64,000 nt of DNA from Neocallimastix sp. 'constans' (lineage: Eukaryota). The position numbers and the translations under genes were made by a program. Of this stretch, positions 45,006 through 59,565 are shown piece by piece (position 1 is the first letter of the stretch; each line of letters starts with the position of its first letter). Location of the stretch: contig JBODTK010000148.1 in assembly GCA_050613775.1 (NCBI GenBank), forward strand, positions 310,001-374,000, read 5' to 3'. The notes beneath the pieces were generated by a model. The model saw only the letters and a list, made by a program, of their open reading frames with translations. It had not been told where the DNA came from and did no database searches.

Positions 45006-45130
45006 ATCAAAAGGTTTGATCATCATAATTGTTAACAATATCAAAGTAATCTTCACATCTGATGTATTTTAATGTAGTTACTCTTATTCTTACAGTGAAT
45101 ATAGCTAGCTTCTTGAATTTTACTAAATAA
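43520..45130 (-). mobile_element. Highly degenerate Ty1/Copia remnant
   Basis: Minus strand: WNIFQL..YFNAPLNKDI, ALYGL.KQSGRQW (~43860-43900), KHIDFRHQF (~43610-43636). Interrupted by homopolymer and AAT tracts. Right boundary approximate. Confidence 0.7.
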
Positions 45131-45160
45131 TTTAATGATTTCTTCTCTTCTCATGTTGAT

Positions 45161-45222
<62 letters not shown>

Positions 45223-45742
45223 CCTCCTTTGCTGTTATTATTTTTTAATATTATTTTTTCTTTTTTTGAGATTAAAATGATATTTCTTTTGTGGAATGTC
45301 CGTTCATATCACATCACATATATAGCAATAACTTTTTGTTATCCTTCTTATATCTATATTTCTAAATTTATTTTTCTTGTTGTTATTAACGTTAGAATTT
45401 TTTTTTTTTTTTTTTTTTTGTAATCAACTAACTGTAAGAATGGTATTATTGGTACTTTATTTATTTATTTTTTTTTTTGTTGGTAATACTTTAATTTTAT
45501 AATATCTTCCATTTTGGTGAAGATTTCCTTTACTTTGATCTAACATTCTAATTACATCGTTTTTTTTTTTTTTTATTATATTTTTATTTTATTTATTTTG
45601 TTTTTTATAATTGAACCAATATCGCTCTTTAAAAAGCTCTTGCAAATTCTTAATGATTAAAAAATTATTTTTTTTTTCAATAATATTTTCCAATTCATTG
45701 TAGGTATTCATCAAATTATTTACTTATTGTCTATTCGATTTA

Positions 45743-45774
<32 letters not shown>

Positions 45775-45795
45775 ACACTGTAGAATTTTTTCTTC

Positions 45796-46430
45796 TTTTT
45801 TTTTTTTTTTTAGTCTTAGAGAATAACTTTATTTCTTTATAATAAATAATAATAAAATTACATGATTTAAATTAAAAAAAAAATAAAATACATAAAATGA
45901 AATATTATTTATAATAATAATTATAAAAGTTCATTAGAAGCAATAGTTTCTAACTTTTCCCATTCCTCGATGATAACACCACGTCCATTATTGCGAGTAA
46001 TAATTTCAGTATTAGTGTTATCAATTGAATTTATATCAGATTTTTCACCGGGAGGTAAAAATCCATGCCTTATCATTTCGATGTTCTTGGTAACGGTAGA
46101 TTCAACGGAATACCATTTCATCATCAATCTAAAAGATCGGAAAATGAATGGTATTAACGTTTGTTAGAAACTCCGCAATCCCCACAAAATACGGAATAGT
46201 CGACGAAGTTGAACCTTGTTTAAAAATATTGTCAACTAATTGTCTTTGTTCCCCATCATTAACTTTAATTTTTGAATATATTGAAGAGCATTCAATATAA
46301 AATAATAAATATATTTACAATAATCCTTTTCTGAATCAAAAGAAACATCCAAGGATTTTTATTCAATTATCATAAAAAACTTCAAAAAGAGATCATCTAG
46401 AAAAGGTAAAGATTTATTTCTGTAATAACA
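45796..46430 (-). mobile_element. 5'-truncated LINE 3' fragment with poly(A) tail
   Basis: C-terminus GVIIEEWEKLETIASNELL* is homologous to GIIFDEWEELEAISSSNLIT* at 60047-60466. An IPYFVGIAEFLTN-like segment is present. Ends AATAAAGTTATTCTCTAAGACT-An. Confidence 0.8.
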
Positions 46431-46794
46431 CCCTAAAGAAATTAGAAAAATATTTTTAGAAAAAAAAAAATTTAGAAAAAAAAATTTTAGAAAAAATTTT
46501 TGGAACTATTTTGATGAGAAAAATGATGAAATGATTTCTATTATGTACGATTCATTGTTGCTTGTTAAGGGAGGTGGGAAAATACGATAAAAAAAAATGA
46601 TAATAATAAAATATAATAAATAAATAATAATAAATAATAATAAATAAATAATAATAAATAAATAGTAATAAATAATAACTAATAAATAATAATATTATTA
46701 TTAATTCACAATGGAGTTCATTATCCATAAATGGATGAAAAAGAAATGAAAGAGTTAGTGGACTTTTTTTTTTTTTTTTTTTGATTGTTTGTTT

Positions 46795-46834
<40 letters not shown>

Positions 46835-47055
46835 ATTGTTTGTTTGTTTGTTTTAGAAACTATTAAAACATTTTTTTTTTTTTTTTTTAATTTTAATATT
46901 TACTTTGAACAAGGTATAAAAAATAATAATATTAAAATAATTAATTAGTGAATTAACTAGCTGAATAAATGAATGATTAAAAAAAAAATGAATATATCTT
47001 TTTAAAAATTAACTTTTTTTTTTTTTTTCTTTTCTTCTTTTGATTTGGTATTTTG

Positions 47056-47090
<35 letters not shown>

Positions 47091-47703
47091 TAGATAGATT
47101 TTTCCTTGCTTTTTACTAACCTAGTATATTTAGAAACAAGAAAAAAATCACAGATTAAAAAATTCTTGTTTTTTTAAAAAAAAAAAATAAAATAATATTT
47201 AAAATATGAATACTTCCCATTATTAAACTTATATTAAATAAGTGAAGTATTATGTTTCTAAAATTTTAAGTTTTATTTTATATACCATAAATATCATTGA
47301 AACTATAAAACATTTGACATAGGCATATACATGGACTCGGTTTAAATTGTTTATAAGTTGAATTATTTTATTTACATATTCTAAATTTAATATGTATTTT
47401 TGGCTTAATATAAATATATATATTTATTATTAAAATTTAAAAATCTTAAGAATTGTTTTTTTTATTTATTTATTATTATTGAGAGATGAATGATATCAAT
47501 ATGATATGACTTAAACCAGCTTAATCTGGAAGGGAAAATATATATATATATATTAATATACAAAACTAATTAATATATCATTTTATTCTATTTCATTTCA
47601 TTTTTTTTTGGTTTTACTTTATAAAAAAAAAAAAAAAAAGTTCATATCTATTTCTGCTGTATTAATAATATATTCATTTAATAATTAATAAATAAAATCA
47701 TAA

Positions 47704-47764
47704 TGGCTGGTCATTTTTGAATTTGAATTTGAATATCTAATTCAAATTCAAAAATGACTAGCCA
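47704..47764. repeat. 26-bp-stem inverted repeat (one G-T pair, 9-nt loop)
   Basis: tggctggtcatttttgaatttgaatt ... aattcaaattcaaaaatgactagcca. Confidence 0.9.
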
Positions 47765-47856
47765 AACGAATGTTTATATCTACAATAAAGAATTTTATAA
47801 TGTTTTTTAATAAAATTATAGAATTATAATAATAATAGTTCTATTAAAAAATATGC

Positions 47857-47894
<38 letters not shown>

Positions 47895-47899
<5 letters not shown>

Positions 47900-48028
47900 A
47901 TAATTCTAATAAACGATTAGGGTTATTATTATTATTATTATTATTTTTTTTTATAATTCTAATAAACGATTTGAGTTATTATTATTATTATTATTACTAT
48001 TTTTTGATAATTCTATTAAACGATTATG

Positions 48029-48061
<33 letters not shown>

Positions 48062-48200
48062 TTTTTTTTTGATAATTCTAATAAACGATTTGGGTTATTA
48101 TTATTATTATTATTATTTTTTTTTATAATTCTAATAAACGATTTGAGTTATTATTATTATTATTATTACTATTTTTTGATAATTCTATTAAACGATTATG

Positions 48201-48233
<33 letters not shown>

Positions 48234-48274
48234 TTTTTTTTTTTTGATAATTCTAATAAACGATTTTATTATTA

Positions 48275-48305
<31 letters not shown>

Positions 48306-48345
48306 TTTATTATTTTTTTTTTTGATAATTCTAATAAACAATTAG
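47895..48345. repeat. Minisatellite of ~8 units: (T)n-GATAATTCTAATAAACGATT-NGRG-(TTA)n
   Basis: The core ataattcta(a/t)taaacgatt recurs every ~53-70 bp with a three-unit higher-order pattern. Confidence 0.85.
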
Positions 48346-49227
48346 AAATACTATCTTTTTTTATTCATTTCTTTGTAAAATAAATTATTTTAAATATCAT
48401 TTTAAAACTATAATAATGTCAATGTTTATTCTATAATAGATGATTATATATTTATGAAATTTTATAATAGAATTAAATTATTTTTATTTAATTAACTTTA
48501 CTTTTATTGAGTAAACTGCCTAAAACAAGTAATTGAAAAAAAAAATAATAAAAATAAAAAAAAAAAGTTGTTATAATATATAAAAAAGGAAAAATATGTA
48601 TATATATTTAAACTTAAACGACGAGGCTAATGAAGAAACTTCACTTAACTTCTTATAAATTATATATTTATAAAAATAATTTTAAAAATAAATATATATT
48701 TATAATAATATTAAATAAAGTATGTATAAATAGTGGTAACAAGATCGTACAGTATAATATTATATAATGTAGTAAAGTATCATTTTTAATTATTATTATA
48801 ATTAATCAAATTTATAAATACCAACTTTTGATGCCTTAATTAACAATAACAAGTACTAATAGTAATAATAATAAGTATTAACAACAAGCTTTAATAATAA
48901 CATCAATAAGTTAATTTCAATTTATAAACATAATGAAAATAGTATAAATAAAACTTTGGATTATAAATCGGAAAAAGTTTTATATATTCTATATTCTATA
49001 TAATAGAAATTATAAATTTATGCAATATTCGATATTAAAAAGTATATTTATTAGAAAGTATTAATATATATAAAAATTCTATTTTTTTAAAGTATATATT
49101 TTTTATATTCTACTTAATAAATAATATATTTTGTTTCTATTCTATTTTATTAGTAGTCATAATGTAAAAAATTTAGTAAACAAACATTAATATATATATT
49201 TCAATTTTTCCTTAATCAATTTTTTAA

Positions 49228-49278
<51 letters not shown>

Positions 49279-49702
49279 TAAATATAAAAATTAAATTTCT
49301 TTCTTTCTTTTTAAAAAATTTAATGTGGATATAAAATTTATTCCACAATTTTTTTTTTTTTTAATAAAAAGAAAGGCTATACAACCCTATATTTGGCTAT
49401 ATTGAAATAGCCATTTTTTTTTATTCAAAAATTTTTTTCTATTCATTTCATGTGTATTATTTATAACTTTCTAAAAAAAGATATATTATATAAATATTTA
49501 TTTATATCCCTATTTTTTTTTTAATAAAATATAAATTATTTTTTTTTCTTTTCCTTCTTTTTTACTATTATTATTACTATTTTATTATTATTATAAATTC
49601 TGTATTTAATATTATCTGTAGTTTATTATTTAGTTCCATATTATTAATTTTTTTTTTTTTGTCATTTGATCTTTCTTTTACTAATTATATATTAATAAAT
49701 AT

Positions 49703-49754
<52 letters not shown>

Positions 49755-51801
49755 GTAAATTTTATCTTATTTATTGTTAATAATGAATTGCCTTTATTTT
49801 ATATTTAATTGTTTTTATTAATTATTAATAATCAATAATATTAATAATAAATATTATAAATTTTTATATAAATAAATATATATATTTTACTATATTAAAG
49901 ACTATAGATTTTTCCAGATTAATAATTAAAAAGTTTAAGCCATTTTAATTTAATAAAAAAATTTTTTATTTATTTATTCATTTATTTATTTATTTATTAT
50001 GAATTTTTTTTTTATATAATTTTAATATAATATTTATACATTTCAATTGAATAATAATATTAAAAATCTACCTATAACTATTTTAAAAAAATTTAAACTA
50101 ATTTTGAGAAATGTTTTTATAAGTTAAGATTAATGAAACAATGCTTTAAAAAATATTTTTATTATAAAAATATTTTTTTAAAATAATATTTGTTTTAATG
50201 AATAATTTAAAAAATATAAAAGTTAATAATTATTTAAATATATTTTGTTATTATAATAAATATTTTTTTATTCTATCAAAGTATTACTTTTTTCCTATTT
50301 TTAACTTTTCAACTTTTTTATTTTATTTTATTTTATTTTATGTAGACCTATAAATCTTTTATTTTATTTTACCAAAATTAAATTATTATTTAATATTAAA
50401 CTTTATTTATTAATAAAATACTTTAATTCTTTATTTTAAGTTTAAATTTTTTCAATTATTCCTTTTTTGTCAAAAAAAAGATTCTTAATTTAAACTTTAA
50501 AATTTTTAAATTAAAACGTTTTTTATTTTTATTCTTGGTAACACGAATTATATTAAAAAGTATAAAAAAAAAATAATATAATTATTTATAATTATTGACT
50601 ATTTACGATTATTAATTAAATCATTTTAATATTATTAATATTATATAAAAAATATTATATATATAATGTTAGTGATAATTAAGTAATATTCCTTGAATAA
50701 TATTTAAGATAAAGTATTTAACATAGTTTTATTAATGATAATTTTAACATATATTTGAATTATTTTTATATTAAATTTCAATATAAAAAAAAAGGTATAA
50801 CAAATAGATATATATATATAATTTTTTTTAAATTTTAAGTTATATAAAATTCTATTCTGAATAGGATTATCAACCATTTTCAATTACCAACAACAACTTA
50901 TATATAAATATTAAAAAAAAAAAAGAATAAACAAATAAAACTAAAATAAAATAAAATAAAATTTTTTAAAAAACTATTCTATAATAGTTTAAATGTATTA
51001 CTAATATAACCTACCATGAAATGGAAAGGATATTAAGATCCATCGATCAAAAAATAAATAATTAAATAATAATAATAATAATAATTAAAATTCGTATATT
51101 TCATTGTTTCTCCATAATTATGTTAACTAAATAATAAAATGAACCTGTTTATATTAATTTTTAAATTATCATATTAAACTTTTTTTGCTCTTTAGTAATT
51201 AAAATAGAGTCGGTAATTAAAAAAAAATTAAAAATTATAATTTTTTTTAATATATGTATTTATATTTTATAATTTTTTTTTTAACTTTTAGTATAATCAT
51301 GATTAAAATTTATAAATATATATATAAAAAAAAATATATATAAAATAATAAACAATTTAAAAGTGTAGTCTTTTTTTTTTTATCGAAAAATTGTAGTTCT
51401 AAATTCAATTCTTTTTATTAAACATTTTATTTAATTTAAAAGTTTTTTATTATTGTTTGTTAAATCTATTTTTTAATCCATATATATAAATATTTTTTTT
51501 ACTAACTTGCATAATTAATTTTATTATTATTATTATTTATTGTTTGCAATAAATTTTTTACATTTAGTTTCTTTTTATTATTATTATTATTATTATTATT
51601 AATATTTTAATAAATAAATAATATTTTAATACTGCTATATATTTAGTTATTACATTTCATTATGTAAAATAAAAAAATCTATATAATTAATATATTTCAA
51701 AAAAATAATTTATTTATATTTTATTTTTATGTATTTAAATTAATATATAGATCATTATAATGAAATTATTCATTTTAATAGAGTTTAATATATGTAATAT
51801 C

Positions 51802-51990
51802 TTAAAATAAATATTATAATTTATGAATATCATTATTAAATGCTGATTTATAAAGAATATAAATATATATAATGAATATACTATTGATATTTTTAATATA
51901 TTGATCAATAGTATATTCATTATATATATTTATATTCTTTATAAATCAGCATTTAATAATGATATTCATAAATTATAATATTTATTTTAA
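51802..51990. repeat. Perfect 87-bp inverted repeat with a 15-nt spacer
   Basis: 51802-51888 is the reverse complement of 51904-51990 (checked by eye). Confidence 0.92.
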
Positions 51991-54900
51991 TTTTATATTG
52001 TAATTATTTATATTATTATTTATATTTATATTATTATTTTATTAATTTTATTTATTTATTTATATTAATATTATTATTTATTATTTATATTAATATTATT
52101 TATTATTAATATCTTTATTATTACTCATATTATTATGATATTTAACCAATTTGTACCACTTGAAATAATAAAAATTATTTCTTTTTATTTCTTTTTATTT
52201 AATTTTTGTAGAATAAATTAACAAATAAATAAATATCTATAATAAATATAATGAATTTGAATTAAATAAAAAATGATCTTTCTATCATCAAAAGATTTTC
52301 AACATATATGGTATAAGATAAAAAGCCATTTCAGATAAAAAAAACTTTAATAAATAAATAAATTATTATTTAAAAAAAAGTGGCACATTAAAGCTTGTAT
52401 TAATATATCCAATGTTACCATCACTTCTGAATAGAGGATTTTTTTATTATATTTTTAATTTTTAATTTTATTTTAATTTTATTTTATTTTTATTAATAAA
52501 GAATATTATATTTACTATTATATATGAATATGAATGTACATTATATTGGAGGGAATTGTCATGCTATCTATTTATATTTAGAGTATTTACTATATTGGGT
52601 AAGAATAGGTTATATGAGAAAATAACAACATAAAAAAAAAAAAAAAAAAAACAAAAAACAATATAATATAATAAAATAAAGTAAAAATAAAAATAAAATG
52701 CACACGACATACCACATACATTCTGTGTTGTTTTTTACATAATGTTGTTATTTATATTTCAGTAACTTTAAATACAACTATTTTAATATAATATATATAT
52801 ATATGAATTTTAAGAATTTTACTAACTTAATTTACATAACATTATTACTCTATGTTTTATTATTTAAAGGTAGGATAAATATTAGAATAACTTTTCAATT
52901 TTATATTTTATGTACTATTAAAGATTTTCAATGAATTATTTGGTAAAGATTAAATTTACCATATCTTATAAATATTTTATGTATAAATATTTTTCATTAT
53001 ATATATTTCATATTGTAATTATAATTTTCAATTTTATTTCATTTTATTATTATTATTTTTTTTTAACATTTAAAACTAAAAAATTAAAAAAAATAAACAA
53101 AAAGGGTTTTATTGCCTTATTTCATTAAAAATAATACTAATAAATAAATAAAAAGGTTGATGTTGATTTAATAAATAAAATAAATTATTTTTATATTTTT
53201 TTCTTTTTTAGTTATCGTTATTAGTAATTATAAATTAAAATAATTTTAGAATTAGAATGAATAAACATTAATATGAGATTTAAACATAAATTTATGCTTT
53301 ATTTGTATAAATTATAAAGAGATATATATGATTCCTTTCCCTTATTATTTATTTATAAATATATTAAATTGTGTATTTATTTATATTTATATATTTGCAT
53401 ATTTATTTATTTACATATTTATTTATTCATTTTTAATTATTTTAATATATTAATAAAATTGGCATATATTTTTTTTGTCATTTTCATTTCTTATCTTCTA
53501 TTTTATTATATACCAGCAATTACTTTATTCGAGAGAGAAGAATTAAAAAAAAAAAAAAAAAAGAAAAAAAAAGGTGGCAAAAAGGAATTTATATTATTTC
53601 ATGATTGGATACTTTTGAACTTTTTTTATTTTATATTTTATTAAATATTTTTTTTTTGTATATTAATAGAACTATTAGTATTAATATTTCTATATATTAT
53701 TAATAATATTACTAATTTTTTTTTATTTTTTTCTATTTCTTATTCATATAATTTATAATAATATAATATATATTATATTATTATATAAACTAATTAAAAG
53801 ATAAAAAAAAAGTCTATTGAATAGAGTATAAAAGAGTTCTTATTTTTTTTTTTTTTTTGTAGAATATATTCAAAAATTAAACATATTAAATATTATTATA
53901 GAATTATATATATTAGAGTACAGTTGTAAATAAATAAAAATTAAATATTTCCTTATAAACTTATATATTAACAATATATGAACTTTAATTAAATGTACAT
54001 AGATTAAACCATTAATTAGATTTTATTTTTTTTTTTTCATTAATAAATAAAAAATTTATTAAAAGTTTTTAAAATTAAAATATTTATTTACAATAATAAT
54101 ATATTGTATTTAATTTATAATATATTCATATTTATATATTTATATATATTATAATATATTAGATAATTGTTTAATATAAATATTTAATATATTAGAATAT
54201 ATTACAAGTATATATTAAGTAAACCTTGAACTTTAATTCATTGAATATAAGCATTATAATTGAATATATATTATGTATATAATAAAATATATGATGGAAT
54301 AAAATTAAGAATAAAAAGGAAGGCAAGATACAATAAAATATTAATAATTAAAAAAATTTTTTTAAATTAAAATATGAATCATTAATAAAAAAATAAAAAA
54401 TAAGAGTTAAAAACAAAAGAGAATAGAAATAATAAATAATTAAATAATAATGTATCAATAATAAATAATAGATAATGAAATAATAAATAATGAATAAATA
54501 AATAATAACGAATATTAAATAAAAAATAAACAAATAATAAATAATAAGTAATAAATAATAAATAATAAATAATAATAATTAAATAATAAATAATAAATAA
54601 TAATAATTAAATAATAAATAATGAATAATAATAATAAAATAATAAATAATGAATAATGAATATATCAAAATGATGGATAACTTTAAATATTATTTAAATT
54701 TATTTTTATTAATGAAATACTAATAAATGTATATAAATATATAACTAATTTCTTTTTTTGTGTTATTTACTTATTATTTTATTAATATATTTATTTATTC
54801 AATTATTAATGTATTTATTTATTTGTTTATTTATTTATTTAATATAGGCTATACATTTCTATTTAATTTAAAAAAATTGAAAAAATTTTTTGTTCATCTT

Positions 54901-55307
54901 TAATAATAAATTAATAATGTAAATATAAATTTTTATTCATTATCCATAATAAATTATATTATTAATATATTTCAATATATTTTAATATATGTAAACATAA
55001 TTATATATTATATTTCACAAATAAAATATTTAAAATTTTATTTTTATATTAATGAAAATTTAATATAAAAAAAAAAATTCTATAAATAATCAAAAATTTC
55101 ATCTTCATTTTTTATTTTTTTTCTATTCTATCAATTAAATATAATTTGTTTTTTAATTAAAATAACAATTTATTTTTTTGTGTAAAAAACAGTTTTAAAA
55201 CTAAATATAAAGTTTAGAAAAATACTAAATAAATAATTTTTTTTATAATATTTTTGAAGTTTATCTATTTTAAATAAATAAATAAATAAATAAAATTAAA
55301 TACAAAA

Positions 55308-56653
55308 ATGAGAACTTTCCAAATTGTTGCTCTTGCTCTTACCACTTTAGCTGCTTTAGCTAAGGCTCAAACTGCAGGTATATATTAAAGGAATAATGGA
55401 AAAAAAATTGGAAATTTAAAATTTAATATCGATAAAATTCAATAAAAGAAGAAATAAAGAAATAAAAATATGTTAAAATGAAGTCAAAATTTGAAGAATG
55501 AAAAAAATTGTTGAAAAAATAATATTATATAATGAAATATAATGAATGCAGCAAAAATATATATATATATTGATAATATGTTTAAATAAATGTTAATATA
55601 GGATATTAATTATATAAATTTTATTACAAATTTTTTTTTTTTTATAATTTTTAAATTATTTCAAAATTAATAGCTGATATTGTTCAAATGAACAAGTGTA
55701 TTGCTAATTGTCCAACTATTAACCCAGAAGCTGAATCATGTTATATTGCTTGTATTGATACTCACTACGTTCAAAAGCAACACCATAGTTCTAGTAGTTC
55801 TAGCAGTTCTAGCTCTAGTTCTAGTGGATCTCACTCTAATGATGATTCTCACTCTAGTTCTGGTTCTAATGGTTCTAGTTCAAACAGTTCTAGTAGTTCC
55901 AATGGATCTAACTCATCTAGCTCCAACGGATCAAGTAATTCTTCTAGCTCCAACGGTTCTAGCAGTTCTAGTGGATCCAACAGCTCTTCTAGCAGTTCCA
56001 ACGGATCAAGTAACTCCTCTAGCTCCAATGGATCTAACAGCTCTTCTAGCTCCAGTGGATCTGACAACTCTTCTAGCAGTTCCAACGGTTCTAACAACTC
56101 TTCTAGCTCAAATGGATCTGACAACTCTTCTAGCAGTTCCAACGGTTCTAACAACTCTTCTAGCTCAAATGGATCTGACAACTCTTCTAGCAGTTCCAAT
56201 GGTTCTAACAACTCTTCTAACTCCAACGGTTCCAGTGACAATTCCAACTCAAACAATAATAACAACAATGATTCTAACGTTGTTGGCAATGCTGCCACTG
56301 CAGTAGCTAATGGTGCTAATAATGCTGCTACTGCTGTTGCTAATGGTGTTAACAATGCTGCTACCGCTGTTGCTAATGGTGTCAATAATGCTGCTACTGC
56401 CGTTGCTAATGGTGCTAACAACGCTGCTACTGCTGTTTCCAATGCCGTTAATGGTGCTTCCTCCACTATTAGCTCTGTTGCTACTAATGGTGTTGTTAAT
56501 GGTAACGCTACTAACCCAGCTCCAAGCAAGACTTCATCTATTAACTTCATTACTCCATCTAACTCCGTTCTTACTATGGAAGAAAGTTCAGCTGAAACTA
56601 TCAAATTCTCTATGGTTGCTATTATTATTGCCATTATTTTCAGTATGTTCTAA
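55308..56653 (+). CDS. Secreted, probably GPI-anchored Ser/Asn-rich cell-surface protein (349 aa); exons 55308-55377 and 55674-56653
   Basis: MRTFQIVALALTTLAALAKA signal, phase-1 GT-AG intron, 4-Cys module (CIANC...SCYIACI..HY), SSSNGS repeats, 11-aa NNAATAVANG(A/V) repeats, ESSA followed by a hydrophobic C-terminus. Confidence 0.92.
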
Positions 56654-57566
56654 ATGTAATGAAAAAAAATTAACTCGTTTCTCTCGAGCAAACATCAAAA
56701 ATTATTACTTAACGCGTCATATATTATTAAAAATAAATCAAACGCGCACTAGCAATTATTTTTATTTATAAAAATTTTATTATCGATAAAAAGAAAAAAA
56801 ATTTTTTTTTATTTTAATTATATAACAAATTTATAATACTATAAAAGAATTTTTTTTTTATTTTTTAAATAGTATTCAGTAGTAAATAATTATAAAACAA
56901 GTAAATAATAATTATTTATTTTATATATTTTTTTAGTAAATAATAATAATACAAAACAATTAAAATATTTCAAATTATTATCAATAAACGCAAAAATCTT
57001 ATTTTTTTTTTTTATTTTTTTTTTTTATTTAATTATAAAAAAAAAAAAGAAAAGATTATTATTATTTATATGAAACGCGCATATTTGAAATAATCAATAA
57101 AATCTATTATTTTTATATACAAAAAAAAAAAAAAATTTTTTTTTTATTTATTTAGTAGAAATCAAATTTAAAAAGAAACAGAAAAAAATATTTTTTAAAA
57201 TAATTTTTTTTATAAATTTTTTATTTTTATTTTTATTTTATTACAAACTTTTTTTCTTTTTTATTTAAATTTTTTTTTTATTATTTTTACAATATGATCA
57301 GTTAATAAATTAATACTCGTAAAAAATATAATAAAAAAAAAAAAAAAAAAAAGTAAAATTAGTAAAATAAATAATCTTAATAATAATAATAATAAAAATA
57401 AAAAAAAATTAAAATATATTTTAAATCTATTAAAAAAAAAAAAAAAATATTTAAATAAATAAAATTTAAATTTTATTTAAACATATAAGAAAAAAGAATA
57501 CCAAGTTTTATTTTTATTTTTATTTTTATTTTTATTTTTATTTTTTTTTTTTTTTTCATCTTGGAT

Positions 57567-59565
57567 ATATCATTATGGAGTACGTGGTAAATGTTTTGAT
57601 TTTCTTTGTAATTTATATACTTCATCTAAAGCTCGTCCTCGATTTGCTTCAATGTTATCAAATGAATTTCCTATTAAAAGAGGTGTTCGTCAAGGTTGTC
57701 CATTATCTCCAATTTTATTCAATTTATTCATCAATGATATATTAAATGACTGTGAAAAGTTTGGTGTTAATATTGGAAGAAAAAAGTGTTGTGGTGGACT
57801 CTTTGCTGATGATGTTGTTCTAATTGCTCCAAGTGCAAAAAATTTAGAAAAATTACTAAAAAAGGTACATAAATGGGCTAATTTAAATGAAATGACTTTT
57901 GGTATTGAAAAATGTGCAACTATGGTTATAAAACCAATGAACTTCCAATCTCCTCCAAACTATAGTGACCCAACCTTCTATTTAGGAATGAATGCTATTC
58001 CTAAAGTTTCTAGTTATATTTATCTTAGTATTCCTTTTTCTGATGATCTCTTACTAGAACACATTATATCTCACATGCATTTTAAAGTTAGAAAATCCCT
58101 TCTTTCATTTACACATTTCTTCTCAAATAAACTTATCCCTATTGCATACAAGAAAAAAGTTCTTCAATCCTTTGTTATTAGTAAAGTAATTTATTATTCT
58201 CCTTTACTTGGTTCAAACAAATCCAGAACGGCCAGAATTCAAACATTAATTAATACTGGTCTATTTTGGTGTATCGGCTCCTTCTCTAAAAATGGTAAAA
58301 CAAGTTCAGAAGACAATGACTGTATTAGACATAATTCTACTATGAGTACTTATGCTTTATCTCGAGATCTAAGCATTCCTCCTATTGCTGGTGTCTGCGC
58401 AGCCTTACAGATTAAATCTTTTGCAAAATGGAGTAAATCAAACTGTATTATAAAGGATCTTATTAAATCTATTCCCAAAATGCATCATTATTCCTGGACT
58501 AAAGAATCAAGAACACTGTATAAAAAAATCAAAAAATATAAATGTGAAAAATATGACGATATTTTAGAACGTTACTGGAAATCAGTTGCCAAATTTCAAG
58601 GTATTAAAGGTCAAAATTACGATCGTAATAAGTTCTCAAACAATAAAGCTATAATTATGCTTAGTTTAAAATATCCCCAATTCAACTTAGGGTTTTCGTG
58701 GATTATTCGTTTACGCTGTGGTTATAAATACAATACTACTATTACTATTAGAATGGGTAGAGTTTCAGAAGATTGTCCCAAGTATTGCCCCTGTTGTGGC
58801 GAAGATAAACAATCTTTTGAACATTGGATTTTTAAATGCGATGCTCTTGCATCTTTTAGATGGAATTCTTTAAATTTCATCGATGATCTCTATGTTTTAT
58901 TCCTTAGGAAGATTAGAGTGTTTAATCCTCTTTCTTCCTATGACTCTATTTCTAATTTTGAAGATTATATCAATCATTATATATACTTGTTCCTTCTTGG
59001 TGGGACTTTAGTTTTAAATGAGCTACATTTTGATAGTGGGGAACAGAGACAATTGAATGAACTACTTTTCAAAGGTTCATCTGAGTCACCTGTTCCAAAA
59101 ATTGTGGGCTTGGCGGAATTCTTAACAAGTGCAATACCTATCATAAGTAGTTCGTTTGAGCTATTATTTGATAGGTATTGCAAAATACCAAACTTATCCA
59201 AGAGCGTCGACGTCGTACTGATAAGGCATAATGATAATACAGGATCGTCATCTATTTCTACGAAGGATGAATCTTGCCCTAGTAGTTCAATAAATGATGA
59301 ATCCGGGGAGAGTTTAGTGGACACCACACTATCTATTTTAAAGATGTTACTTCTAGGTTTTATTTCTTTTTTATTTGTTAGGAAGGGAAAAATTCCCGCA
59401 TAGTACAACTTGCCGAAATACATAGTATTTTCGAGCTTTTTTATTTTTTTATTTTTTAATTTTTTATTTTTAATTTCTAATGTACTTTTCACCTACATGT
59501 ATTTTTTAAAATAAAATTTAATAAAGTTTTGGAAGTGTATTCTCTTCCCTGTCTAAAAAAAAAAA
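57567..59565 (+). mobile_element. 5'-truncated non-LTR retrotransposon (RT plus C-terminal Zn finger; ORF open to 59403) with poly(A) tail
   Basis: RGVRQGCPLSPILFNLFIND, LFADD, KC, YIYLSI, CPKYCPCC..EHWIFKC. AATAAA and A11 tail. The homologous frame extends upstream of the ATG at 57652 (YHYGVRGK). Confidence 0.95.

Noticed and set aside
47895..48345. CRISPR-like repeat-spacer pattern
   Set aside because: Spacers are simple repeats, the context is eukaryotic, and there are no cas genes.
55701..56771. Overlapping 201-, 261- and 153-aa ORFs
   Set aside because: Alternative-frame and antisense by-products of the repetitive surface-protein gene.
58977..59492. 171-aa minus-strand ORF
   Set aside because: Antisense to the LINE ORF, with no independent motifs.
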